A DNA stretch of 60,494 nucleotides, the filler included, from Hausera hauseri (lineage: Eukaryota), in assembly GCA_046269625.1 (NCBI GenBank). It is 9 parts of 9 records of this genome, joined end to end, with 100 filler letters (N's around TTAATTAATTAA, not from the genome) between each part and the next. Parts side by side here need not be neighbours in the genome. Positions count along the whole stretch, not along the records: positions 44,096 to 50,767 come from JBJURY010076548.1; positions 50,868 to 55,806 come from JBJURY010385368.1; positions 55,907 to 60,494 come from JBJURY010515682.1; 6 more parts are not named here. The stretch is one strand, 5' to 3'. Made by a program: the position numbers and the translations under genes. Within the stretch, counting starts at the first letter, position 1, and each line of letters opens with the position of its first letter. Of the stretch, positions 48,781-60,494 are shown piece by piece. Below the pieces are notes generated by a model. That model worked only from the letters and a program-made list of their open reading frames with translations, made no database searches and was not told the origin of the DNA.

Positions 48781-50867
48781 ATAAGAAGAAAATGTATGAA
48801 AATCGGACGAAGAACGCCATGTTGGCTACTATAATCGTAAACGAAGAGGAAGGCCTATATTCTTGCGAAAGCGAAAACTTACAAAACCGAATTCAGGAAG
48901 AAATAATTCAGATGATGACGAACCTAAGGGAGGAGAAGTACCTAGGAATAAATAGACATAAGACGTACTCTGTCGTTAAAGCGCCATTGCCAATGCTACC
49001 ACCTACCGCTCCATTTTACGAAGATTTTGATAAACAATCCATGAGCTCATATCAGACGGCAATCTATAAAAGAACAATTGATGTAGAAGATCCTTATGGG
49101 GGGACAAAACGTTACGGAATTCTACGGAAAATATGCTACCGACAATCCACAGATGATCCCAGGATATTGTACTCACTGAGGGAACCTTGGAATATAGAAA
49201 CTAGATCAATGATTTGGGACAATCCAAGGTTAAAAACTTTCAAGAATACTGAATTATATATTAATAATCGAGAACCATTAATCAGTACACATGAAGCGGA
49301 AGAAGTACGCATAAAAAACAACGAATTATACCCAAACGAAGAATTAAGACAATTATTAGAGAATATAATATCCTCTCCCGAAATCCGAATTAATGGACAC
49401 AAGATATCGGCGGCGAAACGCTCAAAGGATACACCGAACTGTTTCGAAACAGTAATAGAAGGGAGACCCTTTGCCAAAATCATTATTGAAGATAGGGAAG
49501 TTTATGCCTTAATCGATACAGGATCGGAAATGTCTTACATTAAAAATGATTCAATACCACAAACTCTAAGAGGACAATTATACCCTCCATCCGCAAAAGA
49601 CCCAGAAAGTACGGGAGTTTTTGGCCAAATGTCGAAACCATTGTTTAAATGGAACCCGGAAGTTCTATTAGTTGGACAAATTTTCCGGCATGAATTTGCG
49701 GTTATGGAGCAATTAACCGGTGACGTAGTTTTAGGATGTGATTTACTAAAGAGACTACCAAATATAGCAGTCGACCTACAAACAGGGAAGTTAATAGAAA
49801 TCAGACCAAATAAAGGCGTGAAAAACGCTAAGGACAGAAAATTTGGAGAAGTGTGGATACCAGTTGACAAAAACATTCCACCGAGAACAGAAATAATAAT
49901 TTATTCCCAGATACAGCAAGATGACGATCAACCGGTGTATTTTGAGCCAAAAGATACGTTAGATCCGAATATATTACTCAGCAACGTATTAAGAAGAGTA
50001 CACTCCGGTCGAGTACCAGTCAGAATAGCTAATAACGCGCAAAGTCCCGTTAAGCTCCATGATTATACTACTTTAGGAGACACGTATAGAGTATCGTCAA
50101 TAAATATTGAAGAAAAGCCTTATATGTATGCCGAATTTCCACCTCATGTCGAAACTAAGTTTTTACCTGAGTCTTATTGTCCATTCTGCGAATTGCTATG
50201 CCGATATAAATCGATTATTGCTAAAGACGAAGGAGATATCGGTAGAGCAAAAGCATTAAAACTGACTATTCCGCTTAAGAAAAAGCCTGGTTCGAATGAC
50301 GAAATAGACTTGGAAGACCAAAAGATGCCAAAATGGTATCCGCTGCCGCATTCATTAAGCCCGAGATAACAAAGGAAGTTGAACGAATGCTTAAAGCCGA
50401 TATAATCAGACCTAGTTATAGATCTTGGTATTCACCGATCCTCATAGTTAAGAAGAAAGGAACTACGAAACATCGATTTTGTATTGATTACAGAGCCTTA
50501 AATAATCTTATGATGAAGGATTCTTTCCCGGTACCGTCGGTCAGAGAGGCGTTAGACCTACTCTCAGGACCGAAATGGTTTACCACTCTAGATTTGCAAT
50601 CCGGACATTGGCAAGTGGAGATAGAGGACGAAGACCGCTATAAAACGGCATTCAAAACTTATGATGGCGTTTATGAATTTAATATTATGACGTTCGGTAT
50701 TACTACCGGACCAGCCATATTTACAAGAATGATGAACAAAATGTTAATGGGATTGGATCATGCTTTTNNNNNNNNNNNNNNNNNNNNNNNNNNNNNNNNN
50801 NNNNNNNNNNNTTAATTAATTAANNNNNNNNNNNNNNNNNNNNNNNNNNNNNNNNNNNNNNNNNNNN

Positions 50868-53266
50868 TGAGAATATCTTGCGATGGCTGATTTTCTTGGA
50901 GCTTTGTCTGAGTGAAGATTGGCGAAAAATTAATTGAACCAAATGATCTGGATAGGAAATCGGCAACTAGATTGTGAACACCCTGGATGTGTTTGATGTC
51001 AAAATTAAATGTGGAAAAATGTAAAATTTGCAGTTCTTGTCGAATTAAAGGGTGTTTCATAGCCATTATATTAATCAACGGCTTATGATCTGTTTGTATA
51101 ACAAAACGGCGGGCTGTAAGTAAATAAGAAAAATGTCTTAAAGCGAGGACTGTTGCTAACAGTTCCCGATCGAAAGTTGAATATCTGGTTTCTGGCGGCG
51201 TTAATTTTCGGGAAAAAAAATTCTAGCGGTTGATTTTCTCCTTTGTATAGCTGGTGTAGTACAGCACCTACTGCCATTTTTGATGCATCTGTAGTTAAAA
51301 TTAACTCAGCGTCAGGTTTAAGAAATGTCAGTATTTCCACAGTCTTTGGTCCTTTACGTAACCTGTCAAAATCATTAACCAGTTGTGGTGTCCACATGAT
51401 TTTCTGATGTTTCTTTCCTCCGCTTAAGTGTGCAAAAGGTTCTGTGAATTCTGAACAATACGGAATATATTTGTGGACAAAATGCAAGGTAATAAGGAAA
51501 CTGCGCATTTCTGTGGTTGTCGTAAGTAGTTGTACATTTTTAAGAGTCTCAAATCTATCAGGCTGAGGTGAATGGCCGTCTGGTGAGATAATATGTCCGA
51601 GGAAATTAAAGCGTTTTTGAAAGAAATTGCATTTCGCAAAATTGATTTGTAGATTGAACTGGTTAAGGCGTTTGAAGATGGATCGTAGATGTTCTTCGGG
51701 TTGATTAAATGATGAATATGAATGTGCAAAGTGAAGCCTGAGAGTATTGAATCGATGTGTCGTTGAAAAGTCTGTGCAGCATTCCGGAGACCGAAAAGCA
51801 TATACAAGTACTTATAAAGCCCAAAAGGTGTGGTAACTGCAGTTTTCTCAATGTCGTCTGGTGCGACAGGAATTTGATGGTAAGCTTTAGCTAAATCAAT
51901 CGTAAAATAAACGGAAGTAATATTAAGCTCATGTAATATGTCTTTGATTAATGGTTGTAGATATACGTCCATTGTGGTTAAAGTATTAAGTTGGCGGTAA
52001 CCGCCGCATGGTCGGAAGGATCCATCTTTTTTGTACGACGTGGAGTGGCGAAGACCATGGTGATTTAGATCTGCGGACGATACCTGATTGTTCGAGTTCC
52101 ATAAATTCAGCTTCTACTGCCTGTCTGCGTCGCGGTGGCAATGGACGGACCTTTTATCTGATTGGCCTTTGATGCCTTGTAATTATATGGTGGTAAATGT
52201 TGTTTACTGGAGTGAAATTCCTATCTTTCTGGAGTATACGATGACAAAAAGTATGGACGAATAATTGTAAACTTGTGGGTAGTTGCTGGAATGTTTTATC
52301 TGACAATGAACCAAGGTTGCTAACAGTACTTGGTATATGGTGATTGGTTGTTGATGAGGAATCAATTGGAGTTTGGAGTAGGATGGTCTGGTCCGGGACC
52401 GTGTTTGAGTAGGTGTTATTGTTCAGTGATTTTACAGGACATACCAGATTGGCATTGTCAACATTGAGCTGTGATTGGCTGTCGACATTGGCCTTTGGAA
52501 CCTTACTATGTAAAACTTGATAGTTATTGGGATTAGAACGAGGTACTGACTATTTTAAGATAAATTGCTTACTTACTGTTGACTGTGGTGTCGTTGGGAT
52601 GCAGTCTATACTTGTGCTACGGTCAACTGGTGTATTTGTTTTCAGGCAGCGTCGGTTACAATCGACTAGAAAGTTGTAGTTCGAAAGGAAATCTGAGCCA
52701 AGTATTGCCGTCTGGACGTTAGCGACTGTAAACGTACAATAAAATGAAGAGGAAAAGTTTGGTAGAGTGAAAGATAATTTTCAAGTTCCGGTAATTCGAA
52801 GAGATTGACCAGATACAGTGTATAAAGGTTTTATTTTAGATGAAAAATGTTGAACCGGAAAAAGTGGGAGTAGTGAGACCGTTGCGCCAGTATCGATGAG
52901 TAAATCTATGGATGGAATGTTAGGATTAGAAATAGCAACTTTTTGTGTGAAGACTGCTAATGAAGTGTGTCGGCAAAAGGAATTAGATAAGTTGCCCTTG
53001 CCAGGATCCGCCGAAAATACTGGCGGCGAAATCATATTTTTTGGATTGGTGAGTTAGAATGGTTACTGCTAGAGATGTTGGAACGTCTATCAATGGTGTA
53101 GTTTTTGTTCGTTTTGTAGTTACAGCCGAAAATACAATTCCGAGCATTAGATCCGAATTTTGCGTGATAGATGCCAACTATATTATCAGAGTGTAGATTC
53201 AATAAGTAATATCTGCACCCTAAACAGTATTTATTTGCTTTGTTGTTAAATCTGTTGTGGTAGTTG
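50868..53266 (-). mobile_element. Family A Gypsy copy A5: gag NC end, PR, RT, RNase H
   Basis: [52 protein letters not shown]. Confidence 0.92.
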
Positions 53267-53348
53267 TGGTGCCCGCGTCGACCGTCGCCCTCCGGCCCAT
53301 TCGGTTGGGCACGGCCGGGTTTTCCGCTGTCGAGGCGTCGGGCACATA
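53267..53348 (+). repeat. GC-rich family A LTR-start fragment, inverted relative to the adjacent element body
   Basis: Homologous to the reverse complement of 23384-23466. Confidence 0.6.
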
Positions 53349-54939
53349 GGCAGGCCTCGATTTTTTACCTTGAAGACTGAAACATCTGAGTGCTGCTAAA
53401 ACTTAATTGATTTGATATGCAGAATCCGTCAAAGATTTGGTTGAGCGACGAAATGCTAGCCCACCTTGTCGGAAAATAATCAAACATAACGTTAATAAAG
53501 ATGGCAACAATCTAAATAGAGCTAACGACGCAGACGCTTGGCAAGTAAACAATTTAATGAAGGAGGATGACAATAGCAAATATAAATCCAAAACAGAGGC
53601 CTTTCACGTCTCAAGGTACAACATTTGCTCAACGGAAAAACAGCAATGCCGTGGACAAAACAAAAGCAAACATTTTCCTTTGATTAATCAGAACCATGAA
53701 AACGACAGTCAAGTCGTTGATGATAATATTGACATGGCAGCTGGCGATGAAAATATTTCCACGTAGATTCCAAAACAACCAACGAACTATTTGAAAATCC
53801 CTCGAAATGCCTCTGACTGTTCGAAAATGTCCAGTGTTTTTAATTTACGAGTATCAGCAAACCAATTAGACCGATCGACATACGGTATTCATATCTCCAG
53901 ACGGAAAGTCGATCTGGATAATTTCAAATTTTTGCCAAAATTCAACTAGTCAAAATACTATGAATTTAAATCAGAATTCATTTCTCAATTCGTGCAGTCA
54001 CACAAACTCCAATGTTGTAATCTCACAATCATTTCCCGGTTTCCGATAACAGGAATCTTTGTTGTTGTTGTTGCAACGCGATATTCGTTTCCTGTCAAAT
54101 TTTTTTGGTATCGCAATTTTGTCAATTTGATGCTTGCTTACACTTGATCAGAGTTAATATCTCTGTCTTTATATTCACCGAACGTTTTACGATTTGAACA
54201 TTTTGCTTTTTAATGTGCTTATTTCATTTTTGTTACAGTGATGCCCAAAAGAAACATATTTTGTTTAAATACTGTAAATAGTTAATTATGATTAAAAAAT
54301 TTGAACAAATAAATTGATTTTCAGTCGACATATTGCTAATTTTGCGATTTTATTTTAATGATTTTATCAACCATCTATTTTGGATTTTTCTATTACATTA
54401 TCTCAATATTGTATGTTGACGAAGTAGCTCATTGAATTATTTCAGATTTCTATCCAATATTATTGTCACCGGTGTTAATATGTACGTAATTAGTGCAATA
54501 CTACTGTCATTAATGTTAATTTTAACAGTTGTATTATTACTTTGTCATTAGCGTTAAATATATGTTCAAATGTTACTTGAGTAATATTATAGTCACTAGT
54601 GTCATTACTGTTAACAATATATATTAAATGTGTGTGTACAGATGTAACATTACTTGTGCAACATTATTGTCACTGTGTAATTTGTAGTGTAATTTTTGTC
54701 ACTGTCTGTTTCTATCTATCCATATATATATATTTGGTACGTCATTTTTATTGGCTGAATTTTGATTGGATGAAAATTAGTATAAATAAAGTGTTGATAT
54801 TCATTCTAAATGATAATCAAACTTCATTTTCAAAATGGTATAATTAATTTTTTCACCTCATTACTTTTCATGGTCATTTAGCCTTGCAATTTCAATTATT
54901 GTACTAGTGACGTACATTCGCCAGAAACATGCGAAGAAA

Positions 54940-55490
54940 CAATGTCAAAATACTACGGTTCAGAAATCGACGGGTGCCAATTTTATATATGCTCAACCTG
55001 TGAGGTGATTTCCGGCCTACAATTTTACGCATTTCTACAACAACATTAATATAATCTCTCATACTTCAGGAAACCGAAAAAAATTATCGTTTGAAAACAC
55101 AAGAAGATGACAAACATGGCCAAATAATTTGTATCAAACCAAAAATTGCCAACAACATCATCCCATCAACAAATGCAACCAGTTAAGCGGACAATCAAAG
55201 AGCATACAGTTAGGAAGACTACCAAGAAACAAAAACTTGGTGAACATTCAATGATTAAAAAGATAAGACTAGATGTACAATCTGTTGTTGACATTAATTA
55301 TGTTAATTTTTTTTATGTGACGCCCGACCAACTCATTTCTACTAGACCGCCTGAAGAGATTTTGTTTATATTACATATGTATAATTCTCGATTTCCATCT
55401 GGCAAGATTCAGTACGGTCTGGAAATCCTTTTTTCAAACGCAGAAGGCGACTATAAAGAGGCTTATTGTGGTGCCGCGGTCGTGGACACG
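54940..55490 (+). pseudogene. Possible N-terminal fragment of a second Polinton pPolB locus
   Basis: MSKYY..YICSTC and IRLDVQSVVDINY..KIQYGLEILFSNAEGDYK resemble the 36.1-36.8 kb region (MAKYY..PTC; VRNDLKRSYVDIKF..KVHYYALVEVENVQGDRK). Confidence 0.35.
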
Positions 55491-55906
55491 GCTTGTATCC
55501 GATCAAAACCCATTGATGGTCACACCAACTAGAAATAGATCAAATACTCATTGTGCTCCTTCACCAGACATGTGTCGATTTCAATTCCAATACTGAATTT
55601 CATCTATCTAAACCTTCACCAGTGTCCGCAAAAAGTCCGATCAAAGCCGATATTTCCAAAACTATATCAGCCAAACCAGACGATGGTGTTTTGACATTTA
55701 TTTCAAATTTTCCCTCGGAGAATCTGTTTAATCCTCACTAATTCAACTGGGAGAGACTTATATTCTTCTTACTTTTAAATGAATTAATGGGGAGAACAGG
55801 TTTTACNNNNNNNNNNNNNNNNNNNNNNNNNNNNNNNNNNNNNNNNNNNNTTAATTAATTAANNNNNNNNNNNNNNNNNNNNNNNNNNNNNNNNNNNNNN
55901 NNNNNN

Positions 55907-56815
55907 TCAGTTCGACAGCTTCAAGATTAAAAGATATCGAATTACCATCTGACACTTTCATCGCTTGAAATATGATGACAATATTTTTCAAACAGTCTTT
56001 AAAATCATCTTGTAGCTCTGGGTCCAAATCTTTACTACTCAATAAACCAAATAGTTGAGAAAGGTAACTTGTGTCTTTCAATAAACATTTGTGATCTCTT
56101 CAAAACTTGAGCAATAAATTAAGAGCTTTGACTTTCAGATTAACTTCGTGTTGTTCAGTCGGCCTTTGAATAAATAATATCAGAATTTTCAATACTTGAT
56201 CAGAAACATCCTCCGTGAGTTCAATGGAATTTGAATACAACTGAGCAACCAAATTAAATCCCGTTTCAATTTGTTTCGGATGAACAAATTTCCACTGTTC
56301 GAGCAACGTAATCAATGTCGACTCTGCCATAGCTAATGTCAGTTTATTGGGCGACGTTATTTTTGAGCGCGTTAAAAGTCCGCCTATTTTAATTTTGTCG
56401 AAAAAGAATATTAGAATTCGTTTGATTCTGAGGATCGATAGTTCTCACTTGAGGAGTAAAACAATTGAGAACCAAATTGAAAACATCAGATTTTTTCCAA
56501 TCGATTTGCATGTACATGGATTTGGCTTCTTTGTCGACGAGAGAAATAATCGAATGACGGCCATAAAATCAGCATAGTTCGCTCAATATATCATGAATAG
56601 CTGGTAAACAAACCGTCACGTATATTGTAAAAGATATCCAAAACTAGGTGTTCATAATGTAGCACAGTGTTGATGAAAATTAAGTAAAAAGGCAGCAGAC
56701 AGCGCGTTTTTAAGTCAAAAGCAATTAAAATCCTCACCAACGTCGGTAACTTAAAAGATCCAGCAGGAATGTCAATGAATTGTCTAAGATCTGATGGCAA
56801 AACTGATTGTCTCAT
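55907..56815 (-). pseudogene. Helical-repeat (HEAT/ARM-like) host protein fragment
   Basis: Amphipathic Leu-rich helices across several minus-strand ORFs, interrupted by stops; family not recognised. Confidence 0.3.
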
Positions 56816-57319
56816 TGCAGGAAAACGGTCGGATTGGAATAAGTATGGAAATTTAGAGCAAAAATTAGACTGAAACTGGATTTGATGATGTCGAATAAAA
56901 GTTCAGGAGAATTCTAGCAGCAAATCAATACTAAAACTTGGCCAATAGTATTACGAAGGATTTTCAATTATTAGGATATTCAACTTTCACGGAAACATCA
57001 TATTGGAACCACCCTGCTCTCAAATCTCCTCGACCGGCCCAATTTGGGACCTACATTACTATTTTACATAGAATATCCATTTGTCAATCCATTGCACAAC
57101 ACTTTCAACACTACACGTGATCCCATCAAATACGACATTTCCGACCTATGTTTTGATAAAATCAAACACTCGCTTCTGGTTGTTGTACAAATCGATTGCT
57201 GAAATTCCAATATGCAATTTGATTGTGGTGGCGCTTGCGTCCGCGGCACTACACTACTCGTCCGTAATAAAAATAACACTATGGAGGCGAAATGAGAAGA
57301 AAGAAAACTGCTAAAAGGA

Positions 57320-60300
57320 ACAGTGTCTGTGAAATATTGGGTCTTTGTGTGAACAAGACGTTGAATCTTATAGATGTTTTGGTCTCTGCTGTATTTGCTG
57401 AAAATGACTGTCTTGCTTTGTTTGGAGTGTTGTTCGATAGTCTGCTGAGGTGATTGGGATTAAGTTAAACTTTGATTTGACATGTCAGCAAGTTTAGAAC
57501 TATTCGTATGTCGATTAGCGTAGTTTTTTGAATCGATGCAGATTTTGGAGTAGTAGATTGTCTTGTAGGTAGAATAGGAGAAGAATTGAAGAAGTCGAGA
57601 AAGGTTTGTGTGGACTCAGCTGAGGCATCCGGTGCATCATTAACGAAGAATGCGGGTTTCACGTTAGTTTCGTCAGTTGGCGTGTTATCCAAATCGGTAA
57701 GTTCAAAGAGTGCACGAAATGTTTTACCAAAACGTGCTTTAGCAGATGCGCAACCAGTACTAGTAGACGGTGTGTTGCGCCACCCGAGTAAGACGAAAGA
57801 AAGGATGGTTGTCCAGTTCGTATGAGTTTCGGCCAGAAATTTTAGGGAGATTTTAAAAGTGCGGTGAAAGCGTTTCAATAAGCCATTCGACTGGAGGTGA
57901 TATGGAGTTGTGTTTTTGATTTATGCCCAGTCGATTAACGAAAGATTTGAATAGGTTCGATTCAAATTGAGGACCTTGGTCTGTAATAATATATCGTGGT
58001 GAAGAGAACCGGCTAATCCAAATTCTTATGAATGCATCGTCTATGGAGTCTATATTGATGGAGCGCAAAGGGCGGCTTCAAGCCAACAAGACGCACGGTC
58101 CATCATTGTTAAAATGAATTGGTGGCCGTTATCGGAAGGTAATGGGCCGACGATATCTAGATGTAAAGATTCAAAACGGGACATGCAGGGAAAATGAAAT
58201 AAATGTGGCTTGAGATGCTTAACTACCTTGAACTTTTGGCAAACCACACATTGTCTAACCCAATCCTGTACGTCAGATTTCATCGATGGCCATGTTACAT
58301 GACGTTTGAGGAGGCGGAATGTAGCCTTGGAATCTGGGTGATGCAAATAATGAACATGTTGAAATGCAGTTTGTTGGAGAGAAGGTGCCAAAACTGGTAA
58401 ACGTTGCCCAGGTGTCGAAGTGTCCATGGCTATTTCATCGATAATTTGCACGGATTTGTATCGTTTCAGAATTTCAGGGAAAGCTGAATTATGGATTAAC
58501 TGTTCCTTTGAGAATATTAATGTGACGCTAATTGCACCAACTGACCGTGATAAGAAATCGGATATTAAATCGTCAGTGTCAGAAATATGGCAAATTTTAA
58601 AGTTTAATGTTGACAGGTATGAGGTATGGCGTTCTTATCGAAGTGATGGTTGTTTCATGTTCATTACGTGAACGAGAGGTTTGTGGTTCACTTGAATGGT
58701 GAAGGAATGAGCGATAAGAAAATGTGAAAAATGTTTAAGAGCTAAATCAATGGCCAGGAGTTCTTTATCGAAGGTGGGATAACGGCGTTCTTGTGGTTGG
58801 AGCTTACGTGAAAAGAATTCTAACGGCTCATTCATCCCTTGAGATATTTGACGAAGAGCCGCTCCTACTGCTGTAGTTGATGCGTCGGTTGTTAAAACGA
58901 GGTCAGCAACAGGTTTTGTGTAAGCTGAAATCTCGACTGTTTTAAGCTTGTTGCGGAGTTAATCGAACTAGTTAACAAGTTTTTGTGTCAAATGTATGAG
59001 TTTTTCTTCCGCCCTGCTTCTAGTTGAGCTAAAGGGAGCAGTTACCTGGCTACAGTGTGGGACGTATTTATGGCCAAAATGTAAAGTCCCAAGGAAATTA
59101 CTGATGTCAGTAATAGTTTTTGGTAGATCGATGTTTCATAACTGATGAATTCTATCAGACTGTGGACTTTGACCGTCAGGTGTGATGACGTGGCCAAGGA
59201 AATTGATTCTTTTCTGGAAGAAGGAACACTTAGAAAAGTTCACTTGCAAATTTTATTTGTGTAAGCGTTGGAAAACCAGTCTGAGATGTTCTTCGTTTTG
59301 TTTCGGCGATGTCGATGTGACTAGTATGTCATTAATATACGGATGTGCAAATGGCAAGCGTGAAAGAACTGAATTAATGTGCCGTTGAAAAGTTTGTGCT
59401 GCGTTCATTAAACCGAACGACATGAATGCGTATTTGAAGAGACCACAAGGTGTTATAATGGCCGTTTTTTGAATGTCTTCGGATGTTACCGGTATTTGGT
59501 CGTAGGCTTTTTCAAGGTCTATGGTTGAATAAATTGTAGTTTTGGGCAAAGAATGTAATATATCCTTAATCAAAGGTAGCGGAGAAGCGTCCATGTGGTG
59601 ACGTTATTAAGTTGTCGATAGTCACCGCATGGACGGAATGTGCCATGTTTCTTTGGGACGACATGGAGTAGTTATGTCCACGGTGATTTCGAGCGTTTTA
59701 TAATGCTAGCTTGCTCGAGTGCAGAGAATTCCGCTTGGACTGCCTGTCGACAGCGTGGTAAAAGTGGGCGAAGTTTTTGCCTAACGGGCCTAGGATTTTC
59801 TGTGATGATATGATGAAACGTTGTGTTAACCGGTCGAAATGCTGGGTCTTTTTTAATTGTATGGAAACAAGACTTGACTAAATATTATTGCATTTCCTGG
59901 CTAAGTGTAGTAAAGGCTGTTGTTGTTATGGCAGTGGGCAGATTGGATTTAGTGTGAGAAACGCTAGAAATCGAGTCGCCTAAATCGTCCTTGTCTGTGC
60001 CTTTTGTTTCTCTATTACCTGACTGCAACAAAAACGTTAGATTATTTACATTGGTATTAATGATGTTCTTATTTGCGTTGGTTGATGGTTCTTTTAATAT
60101 CGATTTTATAGGCAAGATAGGTTGCATGATCGGTTGGTTATTTGTAGAGGTCGATTTTGTTTAACTACTTTTGATGATCCTACGTTTTCTACAATCTGCA
60201 CGGAGGTTGTAGAAAGATAAGAAATCAGACCCAAGTATTGGAGATTGTATCGGCAACGATGAAAGTCCAATTGGAAGTGTCGGAGAATGGTGGTAAAGTG

Positions 60301-60494
60301 AATGAAACCTTGGACATACCGAAAATGCGTAAAGCTTGGCCGTTAGCTGTGTATAATTTAGTGTTGGGTGGTGAGATGGATTATGTTTTGATGAATGGTG
60401 GTAACAAAGAAACAGCAGCCCCAGAGTCAATGAGGAAATTGATTGATTGATTGGATTCGGAAGTTAAAGAAGCTTTTAATGTGAAAACGGCATA
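57320..60494 (-). mobile_element. Family A Gypsy copy A6: PR, RT, RNase H, IN (same subfamily as A4)
   Basis: Visibly colinear and similar to 36939-38340; YPTFDKELLA, HLDIVGPLP, TDQGPQFES. Confidence 0.92.

Larger units (their letters stand above)
44096..50767 (+). mobile_element. Family B Gypsy-like element copy B3: helical region, Ubl, AT-hook, chuvirus-like glycoprotein, tail, PR, dUTPase-like linker, RT N-half
   Basis: One frame from 44173 to 47733 with nine stops, then few frameshifts; ALIDTGS at 49515; WYSPILIVKKK..RFCIDYRALN; FTTLDLQSGHWQV. Confidence 0.92.

Noticed and set aside
49830-50100. dUTPase-like beta domain between PR and RT in family B (IPPRTE..EP..VPVRIAN..TTLG)
   Set aside because: A common linker in many Gypsy elements that lacks catalytic motifs; not novel.
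53437-53766. Similarity of DSQVVDDNIDMAAGDEN to DSQVDQDIMAADN at ~10050
   Set aside because: Too short and low-complexity to support homology.
54400-54730. Scattered TGTCA(T/C)TA motifs in AT-rich DNA
   Set aside because: No regular period or spacer structure; cannot be supported as an array.
56591-56815. Possible Ric-8 similarity (VLPSDLR...LVRIL)
   Set aside because: Only a weak local resemblance; the downstream sequence does not follow Ric-8.

Overview
AT-rich eukaryotic DNA, most likely from an invertebrate animal (Cys-loop receptor, TDRD12-like and GCN1 fragments). The window is not contiguous. It is nine contigs joined by artificial 100-bp linkers (44 N + TTAATTAATTAA + 44 N), so adjacency across linkers is meaningless. 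Almost everything is decayed mobile DNA or pseudogene fragments, in four groups. (i) Family A: six pieces of a CsRN1-like Ty3/Gypsy element whose Gag begins with a ubiquitin-like domain ending in di-glycine, with a conserved -1 frameshift signal. (ii) Family B: three pieces of a second Gypsy-like element. A chuvirus-like class III glycoprotein lies UPSTREAM of, and apparently fused to, protease-RT-RNaseH-integrase. It also has a PTAP motif in the glycoprotein tail, an upstream Ubl domain plus AT-hook, and a second membrane-protein ORF after integrase. (iii) Polinton/Maverick pieces: integrase-chromodomain, packaging ATPase, minor/major capsid pieces, pPolB, and a TBP-like gene next to a dUTPase. 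(iv) Intronless, mostly co-oriented host-gene fragments (Cys-loop receptor, GCN1, TDRD12-like, SENP/Ulp1, possible RhoGEF). All assignments are by eye from motifs; no searches were run.
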